Notes: a model not told the origin generated them from the sequence alone. Positions 8,393-18,574 are shown, numbered from the stretch's first letter. The stretch is DNA of 64,000 nt from Gloeobacterales cyanobacterium (GCA_038245785.1 JBBRSB010000012.1:32001-96000); one strand, 5' to 3'. A program made the numbers and translations.

Positions 8393-8722
8393 ACCCCTCA
8401 GTCCCTACGGGACAGCTCCCCACCCTGCGGGAAGGCTTCGCCTACGAAGGGGAGACTTCTCTGAGACTAGAGAAAGCTGCGGGTGCAGAGTTAGAACTGG
8501 ATATATGCCGAATGCGCGGTAGCCCTACTCTTGCTGAGCATAAGTCCTGGCAGCACTTGCTCCTATAGTAATTCTCGAAAGTCTAAGTCTGCGAGTAGTC
8601 CGCTTCAGACATGAGGAAGTGAGCTGTCGCTTTGGCAGCGTCTGTGCCCAAATCCAAGTGCTCTATCTGCTTCCAGAAGAGGCTCCCCTCCCAGGGGAGC
8701 TGTCCCGTAGGGACTGAGGGGT
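8393..8722. mobile_element. MITE-like 330-bp cassette with perfect 29-bp terminal inverted repeats enclosing a deleted DUF559 gene
   Basis: acccctcagtccctacgggacagctcccc (8393-8421) is the exact reverse complement of ggggagctgtcccgtagggactgaggggt (8694-8722). Confidence 0.72.
8461..8680 (+). pseudogene. DUF559/Vsr-like endonuclease remnant with internal deletion, stop and frameshift
   Basis: Frame 1 CRMRGSPTLAEHKSWQHL* (stop 8566-8568); frame 2 from 8571 ILESLSLRVVRFRHEEVSCRFGSVCAQI; these match the DUF559 N- and C-termini and the catalytic core is absent. Confidence 0.7.
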
Positions 8723-8763
8723 TGGCCTGTAGACTGTAAATGTCGGCTCTTTGTAAAGTACAC

Positions 8764-9981
8764 ATGATCCCCGTAGAAGAAGCCCAGGCTCTGGTTTTAG
8801 GCTCGATAAAGCCTCTTGGCACTGAACGGGTGGATTTATTTTCTGCTCTAAATCGAGTTTTGGCAGAACCTGTTTTTTCGTCCCTTGATTTTCCGCGCTG
8901 GCATAGTTCAGTCATGGATGGCTATGCTGTTCGCTCCGACGACTTGAGAACAACGCCTGTAAACCTTCCCATTGTGGAAGAAATCTCTGCTGGAACTATT
9001 CCTAAACATCAACTGGCCGCAGGGGAAACAAGTCGTATCTTCACCGGAGCGATGATGCCGGAGGGAGCCGATGCGGTCGTGATTCAAGAGAATACGACGG
9101 CTAACCCCGATGGCACCGTGTGCATTCTTAAGCCCATAAAAGCTGGGGCCAATACGGTGAGGCAAGGAGCGCATCTAAAAGCAGGAGATTTGCTCATGCC
9201 CGCCGGAACCGTGCTGCATGCTCCAGAAATTGGCATTCTCAGCAGTGTTGGTCAAAGTTTTGTATCCGTCTATCGTCGCCCGGTGGTGGCGATTCTGTCT
9301 ACAGGCAATGAGTTGGTTGCCCTTGGTTCTGAGATTGGCTCCGGACAAATTATCGACTCGAATCAGTATGCTTTAGCGGCTCAAGTCATTGAAGCAGGAG
9401 CGATCCCCCGCTTGTTAGGTGTTGTGAAGGATGACATTCCATCGCTAAAAAAGGCAATCCAACAGGTTTTAGACGCTGATTTCATTCTCAGCTCTGGGGG
9501 CGTTTCGGTGGGAGATTATGACCATGTGAAGCCCGTTCTCCAGGAGTTGGGGGCCGAAATTCTTTTTCAGAAAATTCGGGTCAAACCAGGAAAACCGCTT
9601 ACTTTTGCCTTGTTGAATGGGGTCGCTTACTGGGGCCTGCCAGGAAATCCTGTCTCTTGCTTAGTAGGCTTCTGGTTAACTGTTTATCCAGCGATTCGCA
9701 AGAGTATGGGCTATCCCGAAAGCCTGCAAAAACTCCCAGTGGTCTCTGCAAGCCTGACCGAAACGGCGGAAGGCACAGGCGAAAGAGAAACCTATAGCCG
9801 AGGAGTCTTATTTCAACAGGAAGAAAAGCTCTATTTCACCCCTCGCTCTTCCCATGCTTCCGGTAATCAGGTGAACCTACAGGGCATTAACGGTTTTGGC
9901 ATTGTTCCGGTGGGGATTGAAAAAATTGACAAGAATATGGAAATTCGTGTTCTTCAAGTCGCAGCTGTCCAAGTCCGCTAA
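8764..9981 (+). CDS. moeA: Molybdopterin molybdenumtransferase MoeA
   Basis: SVMDGYAV, RIFTGA, STGNEL, SSGGVSVGDYD, KPGKP, GLPGNPVS. Confidence 0.95.
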   Translation: MIPVEEAQALVLGSIKPLGTERVDLFSALNRVLAEPVFSSLDFPRWHSSVMDGYAVRSDDLRTTPVNLPIVEEISAGTIPKHQLAAGETSRIFTGAMMPEGADAVVIQENTTANPDGTVCILKPIKAGANTVRQGAHLKAGDLLMPAGTVLHAPEIGILSSVGQSFVSVYRRPVVAILSTGNELVALGSEIGSGQIIDSNQYALAAQVIEAGAIPRLLGVVKDDIPSLKKAIQQVLDADFILSSGGVSVGDYDHVKPVLQELGAEILFQKIRVKPGKPLTFALLNGVAYWGLPGNPVSCLVGFWLTVYPAIRKSMGYPESLQKLPVVSASLTETAEGTGERETYSRGVLFQQEEKLYFTPRSSHASGNQVNLQGINGFGIVPVGIEKIDKNMEIRVLQVAAVQVR

Positions 9982-10029
9982 AACAGCTACCACAGCCTGT
10001 TAGTATCGGGTTGCTTCTATTCCCGCTTC

Positions 10030-11598
10030 ATGGCTGATCGCCCTGCGCCCAAGTCTCTATTAAGAGCTGCCTCTCTAATCGTGGTGGTCACGTTGCTGAG
10101 CAAAGTGGCTGGCTTAGTGCGAGCACAAGCGATGACGGCCCAATACGGCCTGTCTCCAGCACTCGACGCGTTCAATCTCGCCTACAGCCTTCCCGCCTTT
10201 TTTCTAATTATTCTGGGGGGAGTCAATGGCCCTTTCCACAGTGCGATTGTCAGCGTGTTATCTAAAGATTCTGAAGACAAAGTACGGGCCATCGAAACTC
10301 TAAATACGCTAGTCGCTTTAGCTTTTGGTGCGGCTACTGTCGGCATCATGGCTGCTGCCCCGTGGATTGTCGGTTTTGTTGCTCAAGGAGCGTCGGCAGA
10401 GGTCCAGACTATCGCTGTGCAAGATATGAGAATTATGGCCCCTCTTGCTTTCATTGCTGGACAAGTGGGGCTGGGCTTCGGAGTACTGACTACGGCCAAT
10501 AGCTATATCCTGCCTTCCTTGAGTCCTATCCTCTCCAGTGGCGCTGTCATTGTCGCTATTTTGTTTTTTGCCAAGGACTATGGGGCACAAGTGCTGGCTT
10601 GGGGGACTTTGGCTGGAGCACTGCTGCAATGGTTTGCCCAGATCCCTTTGCAATGGAAGTTAGGCTTGGGCTCTGTGCGGCCTCGTCTCGATTGGCGCTT
10701 ACCCCAAGTTCGTCAGGTGATGAAGCTGATGGCCCCTGCCACCTTGAGTTCTATGCTGGCTAACTTAAATACCTATACCGATCAGTATTTCGCCTCTTTT
10801 CTCGGAGCTGGAGTAATTGGGGGCCTGCCTACTGCTAATTTGTTGGTGCAAACCCCACAAGGTATTTTGTCTAATGCCTTTTTGATTCCACTCTTGCCTG
10901 TCTATAGTCGCCTGAGTGGAGAGGAAGACCGCCCTGAGCTGCTTACTAAGATTCGGCAGGGGTTGCTTACCTTGGCTATAGGAGTGCTGCCGCTCATGGC
11001 TTTTTGCATAGCCTTGAGTGAGCCAATTGTCCAAATTATTTATCAGCGTGGAGCATTTGACCCAAAAGCGACGCAGTTAGTATCTGGTCTATTTACTGCC
11101 GGTACGGTGGGAATGTTCAGCTTTTTGGGCCGAGATTTGATGATTCGACTCTTCTACGTATTAGGAGATGGCAAAACGCCCTTGATCATGAGCTTTCTGG
11201 GAATTGCTTCAAATCTTGCCTTGGATTTTCTATTTGTTAAATGGATAGGGGCACCCGGAATTCCTTTGGCAACGGCTGGTGTGACCACGATCACCTTTGT
11301 TGGACTAGCCTGGTTATTTAGAAAGAAAGTAGGGCCTTTGGGATGGCGCTCAGGTCTGGTGGGACCTTTAGCGATTCTGGCTTTAGGCGCAGGGATCACA
11401 GGCCTTCTAACATGGGGCGCTTACATAGGGCTACAAAATTTCTGGCCCATAGAAAACTTTTTCGCCGTACTGACCAAACTCCTGATCGCTCTGGGCGTTG
11501 GGCTCGCCAGTCAAGTCCTGTGGCTATGGCGTTTAGATTTTCCGGAAATCACGCTCTTTAAAAATCAAATACTGCGCCGCTTCAAAAAAACTGTCTAG
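10030..11598 (+). CDS. murJ: Lipid II flippase MurJ (MviN)
   Basis: Polytopic membrane protein; GGVNGPFHSA, YQRGAFD, FYVLGDGKTP. Confidence 0.93.
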   Translation: MADRPAPKSLLRAASLIVVVTLLSKVAGLVRAQAMTAQYGLSPALDAFNLAYSLPAFFLIILGGVNGPFHSAIVSVLSKDSEDKVRAIETLNTLVALAFGAATVGIMAAAPWIVGFVAQGASAEVQTIAVQDMRIMAPLAFIAGQVGLGFGVLTTANSYILPSLSPILSSGAVIVAILFFAKDYGAQVLAWGTLAGALLQWFAQIPLQWKLGLGSVRPRLDWRLPQVRQVMKLMAPATLSSMLANLNTYTDQYFASFLGAGVIGGLPTANLLVQTPQGILSNAFLIPLLPVYSRLSGEEDRPELLTKIRQGLLTLAIGVLPLMAFCIALSEPIVQIIYQRGAFDPKATQLVSGLFTAGTVGMFSFLGRDLMIRLFYVLGDGKTPLIMSFLGIASNLALDFLFVKWIGAPGIPLATAGVTTITFVGLAWLFRKKVGPLGWRSGLVGPLAILALGAGITGLLTWGAYIGLQNFWPIENFFAVLTKLLIALGVGLASQVLWLWRLDFPEITLFKNQILRRFKKTV

Positions 11599-11846
11599 AT
11601 GGCAACCAAATCAAAACGGTAGTTCTCAATCACTGGATTGGCCAAAAGCTTGTCGCTGATTTGGTCTACCTGTTGGCGGGCAAGCTCTTCACTGTCCGCT
11701 TCTAACTCCATCTGCACATACTTGCCGACCCGCACTTCCTCAACTTGGGCATAGCCCATTTGCTGGAGGCCAGCACGGACGGCTACGCCCTGGGGATCAA
11801 GGACAGAGGGGCGCAGAGTAATTTGGACAGTGGCACGAAATTTCAT
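11595..11846 (-). CDS. purS: Phosphoribosylformylglycinamidine synthase subunit PurS
   Basis: VLDPQG, VRVGK, LLANPVIENY. Confidence 0.96.
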   Translation of the reverse strand: MKFRATVQITLRPSVLDPQGVAVRAGLQQMGYAQVEEVRVGKYVQMELEADSEELARQQVDQISDKLLANPVIENYRFDLVAI

Positions 11847-11949
11847 GAAAGCATCTTAGCGAAGTCAAACTGTATCGTGACATATTCCTGACCAGGGTCG
11901 AGTAGTTAAGGTTAGGATCTTGAATAGTAAATGAAATGGGCTAAAAATC

Positions 11950-12270
11950 ATGAAAGGCAAGCAACAGCTATTTTTTCCCCATCTCGTTGGCTCTAAGTGG
12001 ACGGCAACGCAGTCTATCCAAGGATGGCGGCACTATCAGGTGCATGCCCGAGAAGACCGTAAACCCTTTACCTTTGCCTTGATGCGCTCTGTGGTGGATG
12101 AAAAAGTTCAGTTTTGGGTGAATGCTAAAGTGCTTAAAGACCGAAGCCAATGGGAGGCAGGCTGGAAAGAGATTGTTTTAGTCGAACCTTGCAGCGTAGT
12201 AGGCCGTCAAGAAGAAGTACTAGACAAGCCAAATGAGCGTAGTACAATCCAGAGCGTCACTCAACCCTAA
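11950..12270 (+). CDS. Trp-rich conserved protein (TIGR02450-like)
   Basis: LVGSKWTA...GWRHYQV...FWVNAK.LKDR..W.AGW. Confidence 0.8.
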   Translation: MKGKQQLFFPHLVGSKWTATQSIQGWRHYQVHAREDRKPFTFALMRSVVDEKVQFWVNAKVLKDRSQWEAGWKEIVLVEPCSVVGRQEEVLDKPNERSTIQSVTQP

Positions 12271-12273
12271 ACC

Positions 12274-12513
12274 ATGAAGCAATATTGGGACAACTTTCTA
12301 CTCTGGGTCATGGCCGCGATTGGCCTTTTTTTCCTATGGTTTGTGGTGGCTGTTGTTGGCAATACCCTAGGACTCAATTTGGGTCTTGCTCTGTGGCGTT
12401 CTTTGTGGACTCCGGTGATTAATCCCTTGCTTGGGATTTTCTTTCTCGGCGTATTAGTCAGCTTTGTCTCAAACAAACTCAAGCAGGTTTTGGGTTCTCA
12501 AGGGCGCACTTGA
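12274..12513 (+). CDS. Small membrane hypothetical protein
   Basis: Two hydrophobic segments; starts 3 bp after the upstream gene. Confidence 0.7.
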   Translation: MKQYWDNFLLWVMAAIGLFFLWFVVAVVGNTLGLNLGLALWRSLWTPVINPLLGIFFLGVLVSFVSNKLKQVLGSQGRT

Positions 12514-12614
12514 TACAGTTAGTGTACCTGCACGGTCTCGGTTTAAATGAGGTATCTTTATTGGGCTTACCATCATTATTTCTATATGAATCTTCAAATT
12601 AATTCTATGGAGCC

Positions 12615-13109
12615 TTGGGCGTGAATTCCGGCAATGGTAATGATAATCTCCCTCCGGCAATTCCTCCCTCCAAAGGGAATGTACCTGGGCAAACGCCAAA
12701 ATCAGATGCGAGAAGAAAAAATAAGCGGGCTAAACAGTCTGGCCAGAAAATCACGCCCTCAGAGCCTGTTCTTCCAGAGATAAAGCAGCGGTCCAATCCG
12801 CCTTCTCCACCTTCTGTTCCTCCTCCTTCATCTATCCCTTTTGCTCAACAGCCCAAGCCTGCTGAACTGCCTAAACCTCGTCCAACAAAGCCTTATCCGT
12901 TCAAATTAGTAATTACGCTGCTCGTAATTTTCCTCATTGCTTTGGCGGGTTTTGGTTTATTTTCGCTGGTGAGTCCTGACGGGAGAAGCATTAAAGTTTT
13001 TACAGAGCCTACGGCTGACCAATTAGACCTGACAAAGCAGTCCAATCTATCCGTTCCTGCTTCTCTTGTGTCTAATCCATCGGTGGCACCCAAAGGCCAG
13101 AAAAACTGA
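12615..13109 (+). CDS. Proline-rich single-pass membrane hypothetical protein
   Basis: Low-complexity Pro/Lys N-terminus and one TM helix; start uncertain. Confidence 0.6.
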   Translation: MGVNSGNGNDNLPPAIPPSKGNVPGQTPKSDARRKNKRAKQSGQKITPSEPVLPEIKQRSNPPSPPSVPPPSSIPFAQQPKPAELPKPRPTKPYPFKLVITLLVIFLIALAGFGLFSLVSPDGRSIKVFTEPTADQLDLTKQSNLSVPASLVSNPSVAPKGQKN

Positions 13110-13128
13110 AGTATAGCTCTGCCAAATT

Positions 13129-13779
13129 TTAGATATGACCGCTCTCAATAGCCCAGCGCGTTAATTCTGTCCGGTTGGTCAGCGTAGTTTTTTGGAGCAT
13201 ATTGCTGACATGGCTTTCCACGGTTCGCTGAGAGACGCCCATTTCTTTGGCAATCTCTTTGTTGGACAGCCCACGAGCCACATAGCGGAGTACTTTCCCT
13301 TCCGTGGTGGTGAGTTCCACATCAAACTGAATAGCGATGGCTGGTTCACCCAAATTTCGCCATCCATCTTGACCACTACCTGACGTCTGTACATGCTCAG
13401 AACGGCGGAGCAAGGCTTCCGTCAAAGCTACCAACTCATCAGGCTCAAAAGGCTTTACCAAATAGGCATCTCCGCCTTCCTTGAGCCCTCTAATTCGGTC
13501 ATTGACCTCTCCCTTAGCAGAAAGAAAAATAACAGGAAGAACTTCCCGACCAGGCATTGCTCGCAGCGTGCGCACGAACTCATACCCATCCATTTGGGGC
13601 ATCATGACGTCACAAACAATCAAGTCAGGAGGACGAGACTCGCGTGCGAGTCGACCTAGAACTTCGATGCCTTGCTTTCCGTTAGCCGCTCGGCTCAATT
13701 GATAACCTCGCTCTTCTAGAAAGTCTCCCATCAGAAGTAGGAATCGCGTGTCATCGTCTATAAGCAGAAGGTGTTTCAT
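13129..13779 (-). CDS. NarL/LuxR-family response regulator (Ycf29-like)
   Basis: LLLIDDD, DVMMPQMDG, YLVKPF receiver plus LT..E..VL..VARGLSNKEIA..VESHVSN HTH. Confidence 0.92.
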   Translation of the reverse strand: MKHLLLIDDDTRFLLLMGDFLEERGYQLSRAANGKQGIEVLGRLARESRPPDLIVCDVMMPQMDGYEFVRTLRAMPGREVLPVIFLSAKGEVNDRIRGLKEGGDAYLVKPFEPDELVALTEALLRRSEHVQTSGSGQDGWRNLGEPAIAIQFDVELTTTEGKVLRYVARGLSNKEIAKEMGVSQRTVESHVSNMLQKTTLTNRTELTRWAIESGHI

Positions 13780-14820
13780 ATTTCTGTTAGCCCATCGACA
13801 TCTAAGTAAGGTGTAATCATTTGAGAAAGTTTGAGGAGCTGTATGGTCTATCAAGCATGAAAAGTCGATTGGATCCCGCTAGTGGAGAGAAAACCGATGG
13901 CGGCCCCTGTTGAATGGCCTGGATGCCTCATATCTTATGGTTAAACCAGTCCTAATGTCCAAATCCTTTTGCAAGGAGCTGGAATCATTTTCAAGACCAC
14001 GAACTTGCTCTTGAAAATGTTTGCAGATGGTTCGAGCGGGATAGGACATGGATGCTACTCTTGGTTCCGTTAATTTAGCCAAGGAGAAGAAACTTATCTA
14101 ACCAGCTAGGCCTCATGATTTTTCGAAGCTATCCAACGGTGGTTGGGAGCATGCGAAAAGGTTGGTGTTGCTGGTTTCCACTCTGCGAGGATACATGTAT
14201 TGTTCCCTCATTTTTGGGAATATTAACATTAGTTGGTAAAAATTTGAATCCTTTTGAGTGAGTAGAGGATTAATTTTTCATTTATTTTAGGAAAGATTAT
14301 GCCTTGCAGGAATGGAACTTAATACTGAGCCTATTGTGATGAACACAAATATTCTGTAACTATGGCTGCAAGAGAAGTCTTCTTTGCGTGTGCAGTTGTC
14401 AGAATGATCAATAGTTCGACTAAAGTTTTAGATACTTACCTTATGCGATAGACAATTTCTATTTTGACAATAGAATAACTTGATATCACGAAATTAAAAT
14501 TGAATATATGAAAAATATCCAGTAGAAATTCATTCAATCAGCTTAGCTGATTAGTTCACTTTTATCCTCCCTAAGCAGTTAGTTTGCAAAACTCCATATT
14601 CCTCTATGACTCTATGTATCCATCACTACACGGAGTGCGCTTTCTTCTTTAACTGATTCTTCGGGTTAATAGCAGGTTAACTAAAATTCAGAAATACTGA
14701 GCGCATTTTTGCTCTGTCCCTACCTGTCACTACTCAGCACAAGTTACAACGAGTTTTGTGAAGATTGTGCTAAGAGCTTATACAAAGTACTATCTCTTTT
14801 TTGCTCTGTGCTCTTCGTCT

Positions 14821-15609
14821 TTACTTGCTATTTCGATAAAAAGTTTCTAAACTCGCTGGATCTCCGATGAATCTCCAATGCCAGGGTTCATAGCTAACCC
14901 CTTGCTTATTATCTTTGGGGAAAGACATCTCGAAACCAAAGCGGCCTGCATTGTGCTGTAGCCATTCAAAGGCCTTTGTCGTTTCAAAGGTCGGTTCTAC
15001 ATGAGTCTCTGGATAGCTGCCATCTCCAACATCCAGTGCATACCCCGTATGGTGTTCACTATAGCCTGGGGGCGCACTAACCTTGGTCACTTCTATGGCT
15101 TGCCCCATCTTGCCCAGATTGCGGTCAAAGAGACCCTGCTGATAGGCTTTGTCCCGAAAGCCGGAAACAACGACTAAATCTATGCCATCTCTCGTGGCAG
15201 CTCGCTGCATTTCTAAGAATTTGTCAGCGGCCATGGCTCGTAGCATGACCACCTTGCCCTTCGTTTTGGAGACGACGGTCAAGCTAGACAAAGGAGCATC
15301 TGCGTATCGATGGTGACCCAATAGGGTATCAGGGTCCGACGATGCACTGGAGGTAGCGGCAGGGGTGGTTGTCGGTGTCGCAGGCTGAGGCGCGACAGAG
15401 CTAGGCGGACTGGGTACAGAAGCGGTAGGGGAAGAGCTTGAAGGTGGAGAAGCACTAGACAGAAAAAAAGCTATGGCAACGCCTGCGATGCCCACCCCTA
15501 GGCCTATCCAAACTAAAGAAGAGGTGCTTTTCTTTCCTACGGCTCTCTGTGGGGATTTTCTCGCAGCGGCCTCTCGACGAGCTACGGGAATTTCTTGGAA
15601 ATCTTTCAT
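14821..15609 (-). CDS. D-Ala-D-Ala carboxypeptidase, M15B/VanY family, membrane-anchored
   Basis: SGFR, PPGYSEHHTGYALD, YEPWHWRF. Confidence 0.93.
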   Translation of the reverse strand: MKDFQEIPVARREAAARKSPQRAVGKKSTSSLVWIGLGVGIAGVAIAFFLSSASPPSSSSPTASVPSPPSSVAPQPATPTTTPAATSSASSDPDTLLGHHRYADAPLSSLTVVSKTKGKVVMLRAMAADKFLEMQRAATRDGIDLVVVSGFRDKAYQQGLFDRNLGKMGQAIEVTKVSAPPGYSEHHTGYALDVGDGSYPETHVEPTFETTKAFEWLQHNAGRFGFEMSFPKDNKQGVSYEPWHWRFIGDPASLETFYRNSK

Positions 15610-16064
15610 GTCACGATGCTCAGAACGTCTTCCGCGTGCGTTTCAGCTTTGACTTTAGACCAGATATGCGCAATCTTACCGTCTTCATCAATCAGAAAGG
15701 TAGAGCGGTTGACGCCCATGTAGGTTTTGCCCATAAACTTTTTTTCTCCCCAAACGCCGTATGCTCGGGCAATGGCTGCATCGGGGTCCGATAAGAGCGG
15801 AAAAGGAAGGGTGTATTTTTGTGTAAATTTTTGGTGCGCAGCCACAGAATCTTTGCTCACGCCTAGGACGATAATGCCTTGATCCTGATAACGAGACCAT
15901 TGGTCTCTAAATCCACAGGCTTCTTTGGTGCAACCAGGGGTATCGTCTTTGGGATAAAAGTAAAGGACCACTTTTTTACCCTGTAACTGCTCTAGAGCAA
16001 TTTCTTCTCCCGTGGTTGTCAAAGCTTTGAAGGCTGGGGCTGGAACGCCAATATTTAGAGGCAT
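15606..16064 (-). CDS. bcp: Thioredoxin-dependent peroxiredoxin Bcp/PrxQ
   Basis: YFYPKDDTPGCTKEAC. Confidence 0.94.
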   Translation of the reverse strand: MPLNIGVPAPAFKALTTTGEEIALEQLQGKKVVLYFYPKDDTPGCTKEACGFRDQWSRYQDQGIIVLGVSKDSVAAHQKFTQKYTLPFPLLSDPDAAIARAYGVWGEKKFMGKTYMGVNRSTFLIDEDGKIAHIWSKVKAETHAEDVLSIVT

Positions 16065-16134
16065 GAAACATTAGATGAGTTCCCAAATAGTATAACCTCC
16101 AACCTCTAACGCTATAGGTAGCGATTTAGCTTAG

Positions 16135-17628
16135 TTACCTGGAAATCTGCGTTCCAGGAAAATAAAATTGCAAGATCTTCTGATAGTTCCAGCCCCGATT
16201 GGCTAAGGTGTAGGCTCCGTATTGGCTCAACCCAATGCCATGTCCCCAACCTCCGCCTGTAAATACAAAAGAACCCTCTGACGTACGGTCTACAAAGAAA
16301 AGTGAGCTTGGAAGTTTATCGATAACAGCCACAATGGCATCCTTGCCAAGGGTGAACTTTGCACTGTCGGTTTGGACTTCAAGGGCCAGAACCCTACCAC
16401 TGCTGGAACGCTGGGTGACTTGAATATTCTGAATAGTGGTGAAGGGGGAAGTCGAGATGCCTACGCTACTCAAGTTCTCCAAAAATGAGTTCATCAAACC
16501 TTGATTTGAATAGGTTCGCTTCCAACGAAATCCAGGCCAAGAGGCTTCATTGAGCAGTGGAGCACTTCCCAAAAATTGGCGGACATCTTGTTCTCGGTCC
16601 AAGCGTGCAAAGTTCAGTTGGGGAATCTTGAGGGGTGTATCAAAAATAGACCTCAGATACGGACGGTCTATCCCTTGCCAAAGGTCCGTATAGTTCGCGG
16701 TCCTTCCCCCATTCGAGGAGGTGTACAGGGCATCCACGAGCTGTCCTTGGTAGCTTATCGTTTGGCCTCTTGTTTGGCGGACCGCTTTATCCATGAGGGG
16801 AGTCAATCCCCCAATCCCTCTGTACACCTGACAATTAGGAGTAGCACAGAGTTCATAGCCATCAATAGCAAATCGATGACGATTTTTGAGGACGTAGGTG
16901 CGGGCGATGACGGCCTGAGCTTTAATCGCTTCAAATGGTGGATTCGCACTCAGTTCATAGGGAACCACCCCCCGGATATAAGATTCCAAATCTACGGTAT
17001 TGATCACGGTGTATGTTCCGTAGGAGTTAGGCTCTACGGACAAAGTTCCTGGATAGGTATAGCGTCCATACTTAATCTTGCCGCTAGTGCTAAAAATTTC
17101 TAGCTTGGGGCCACTGTACTGAAGTCCATCGGCATTCCAGGCAAGCAAAGGGCTTTCGTTGCGGATGATCGCCTCAATGCGGGCTGGATATCCTTGTTGC
17201 TGAAGCTTGGGCAGTATGGATTCTCTCAGAGGCGTATCTCGAAAAATCTTACGGTCTGCCCACACCTGCCAGCGTTTGGGGCGCGCCACTTCCACAGGGA
17301 TGCCTGCCTTGCGGAGATTGCTTGCTACCAAATCTGCATCTTCGAAGCTGCGGTATGAACTAATTACCAAACGACTGAGATCTTGGGGGGTCGGTAAAGG
17401 GGTTAAAGGAGCTTCTAAGGTGATTGCTTTTGCATTGATAGGAGCGGACTGCTCAGGAAACCTTAGCAATAGGATCCCACCATCACCCGCCTGGATCGTC
17501 GCTCGGTCTTGGGGGCCAAACCATTGCTGAATACCAATGCGTAAAGTTTCTGCTTGGCTTGGCTGCGCCAGGGCTAGGAAACACCATAGAGCAGTCCAGA
17601 ATGGACTTTTGAAGAATGGAGATTTCAC
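16135..17628 (-). CDS. SpoIID/LytB domain protein (amidase enhancer or lytic transglycosylase)
   Basis: LESYIRGVVPYE, AIKAQAVIARTY, CQVYRG, GWGHGIGLSQYGA. Confidence 0.92.
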   Translation of the reverse strand: MKSPFFKSPFWTALWCFLALAQPSQAETLRIGIQQWFGPQDRATIQAGDGGILLLRFPEQSAPINAKAITLEAPLTPLPTPQDLSRLVISSYRSFEDADLVASNLRKAGIPVEVARPKRWQVWADRKIFRDTPLRESILPKLQQQGYPARIEAIIRNESPLLAWNADGLQYSGPKLEIFSTSGKIKYGRYTYPGTLSVEPNSYGTYTVINTVDLESYIRGVVPYELSANPPFEAIKAQAVIARTYVLKNRHRFAIDGYELCATPNCQVYRGIGGLTPLMDKAVRQTRGQTISYQGQLVDALYTSSNGGRTANYTDLWQGIDRPYLRSIFDTPLKIPQLNFARLDREQDVRQFLGSAPLLNEASWPGFRWKRTYSNQGLMNSFLENLSSVGISTSPFTTIQNIQVTQRSSSGRVLALEVQTDSAKFTLGKDAIVAVIDKLPSSLFFVDRTSEGSFVFTGGGWGHGIGLSQYGAYTLANRGWNYQKILQFYFPGTQISR

Positions 17629-17659
17629 GTCTCTCTTTACAAGAACAGGAGTTGCCTTG

Positions 17660-18574
17660 TTACTCTAACGCAGCGATGGCCTTCCCGGCAGGACTCGTAG
17701 CGAATGTGATCAAGGCTTTAGTCGCTTCTGTTGAGGTGGGACTGTAGACATAGTAGAGGACACTAATAAGCGGATATTGGGGAGATCCGGGGAGTGTTTC
17801 ATCCAAAGGTAAGGTGCGAATAGATTGCTGGGTCTTGATTTGACTGTAGTTGACATAACTGATGCCATTCGCTCTCAGTTTTTGCAGGACTTTGGTGCTT
17901 CCACTACTTTCCATCGTGATCCAGTTAGGACCATTACCAAAATCACGACCGCCTAAAATAGCTTTCTGGAAGGTTTGATAGGTGCCTGTATTCGGGGGAC
18001 GATTGATGACGTACAAAGGCAAGTGTACGCCACCCATCTGAGCCCAATTCGTTACTTTACCGAGGAAAATATTTTGCAGTTGTGCTGTGGTCAGTCCCTT
18101 CTTGAAGGGGTTCTGTCTCCCTACAAGAAGGGCAATAGCATCGGTTTTTACGGGGACTGCCACTAGCCCTAGGGCTTCTTCTCTTGACGTTAGAGGGCGA
18201 GCAATAGCCGCTACATCGGCTCGACCGGCGATCAGCGATTGAATCGCTTCGAGACTTGAACTTGTCTTCCACGAATACTTGACTCCTGGATAGCGTTTTA
18301 TAAAAGCTTGACCCAATTGCTTGTTGAAGGTGACTAAACTTGAAGCGCTATCAATTGAGACAGAGCTTCCTGCAGGAAGCTCTGTAGGTAGATTTGGGGC
18401 CGTAGAAACTTCGAGTGAGTCTACAGCAGGAGTACTGGCTTTCTTCAGATTCGACAAGTTCTGGACATTCGTGATGTAGTAATACATCCCTGCTCCCAAG
18501 AGCAGCAGCAGTATCAGTAGGATGTCAAAAACGTTTAGGGGAGAGCCACTTTTGGTGTTTTTAGAACGGCTCAC
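17660..18574 (-). CDS. PstS-like periplasmic binding protein, membrane-anchored, standalone
   Basis: DAIALLVG..NP, GKVTNWAQMGG, INRPPNTGT; N-terminal TM helix. Confidence 0.8.
   Translation of the reverse strand: MSRSKNTKSGSPLNVFDILLILLLLLGAGMYYYITNVQNLSNLKKASTPAVDSLEVSTAPNLPTELPAGSSVSIDSASSLVTFNKQLGQAFIKRYPGVKYSWKTSSSLEAIQSLIAGRADVAAIARPLTSREEALGLVAVPVKTDAIALLVGRQNPFKKGLTTAQLQNIFLGKVTNWAQMGGVHLPLYVINRPPNTGTYQTFQKAILGGRDFGNGPNWITMESSGSTKVLQKLRANGISYVNYSQIKTQQSIRTLPLDETLPGSPQYPLISVLYYVYSPTSTEATKALITFATSPAGKAIAALE

Noticed and set aside
8583..8915. 110-aa minus-strand ORF across the repeat cassette
   Set aside because: It overlaps moeA antisense and the right inverted repeat; the plus-strand DUF559 remnant explains the region better.
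13879..14082. 67-aa minus-strand ORF
   Set aside because: TTG start and no recognisable motif; noted only as part of the long spacer.
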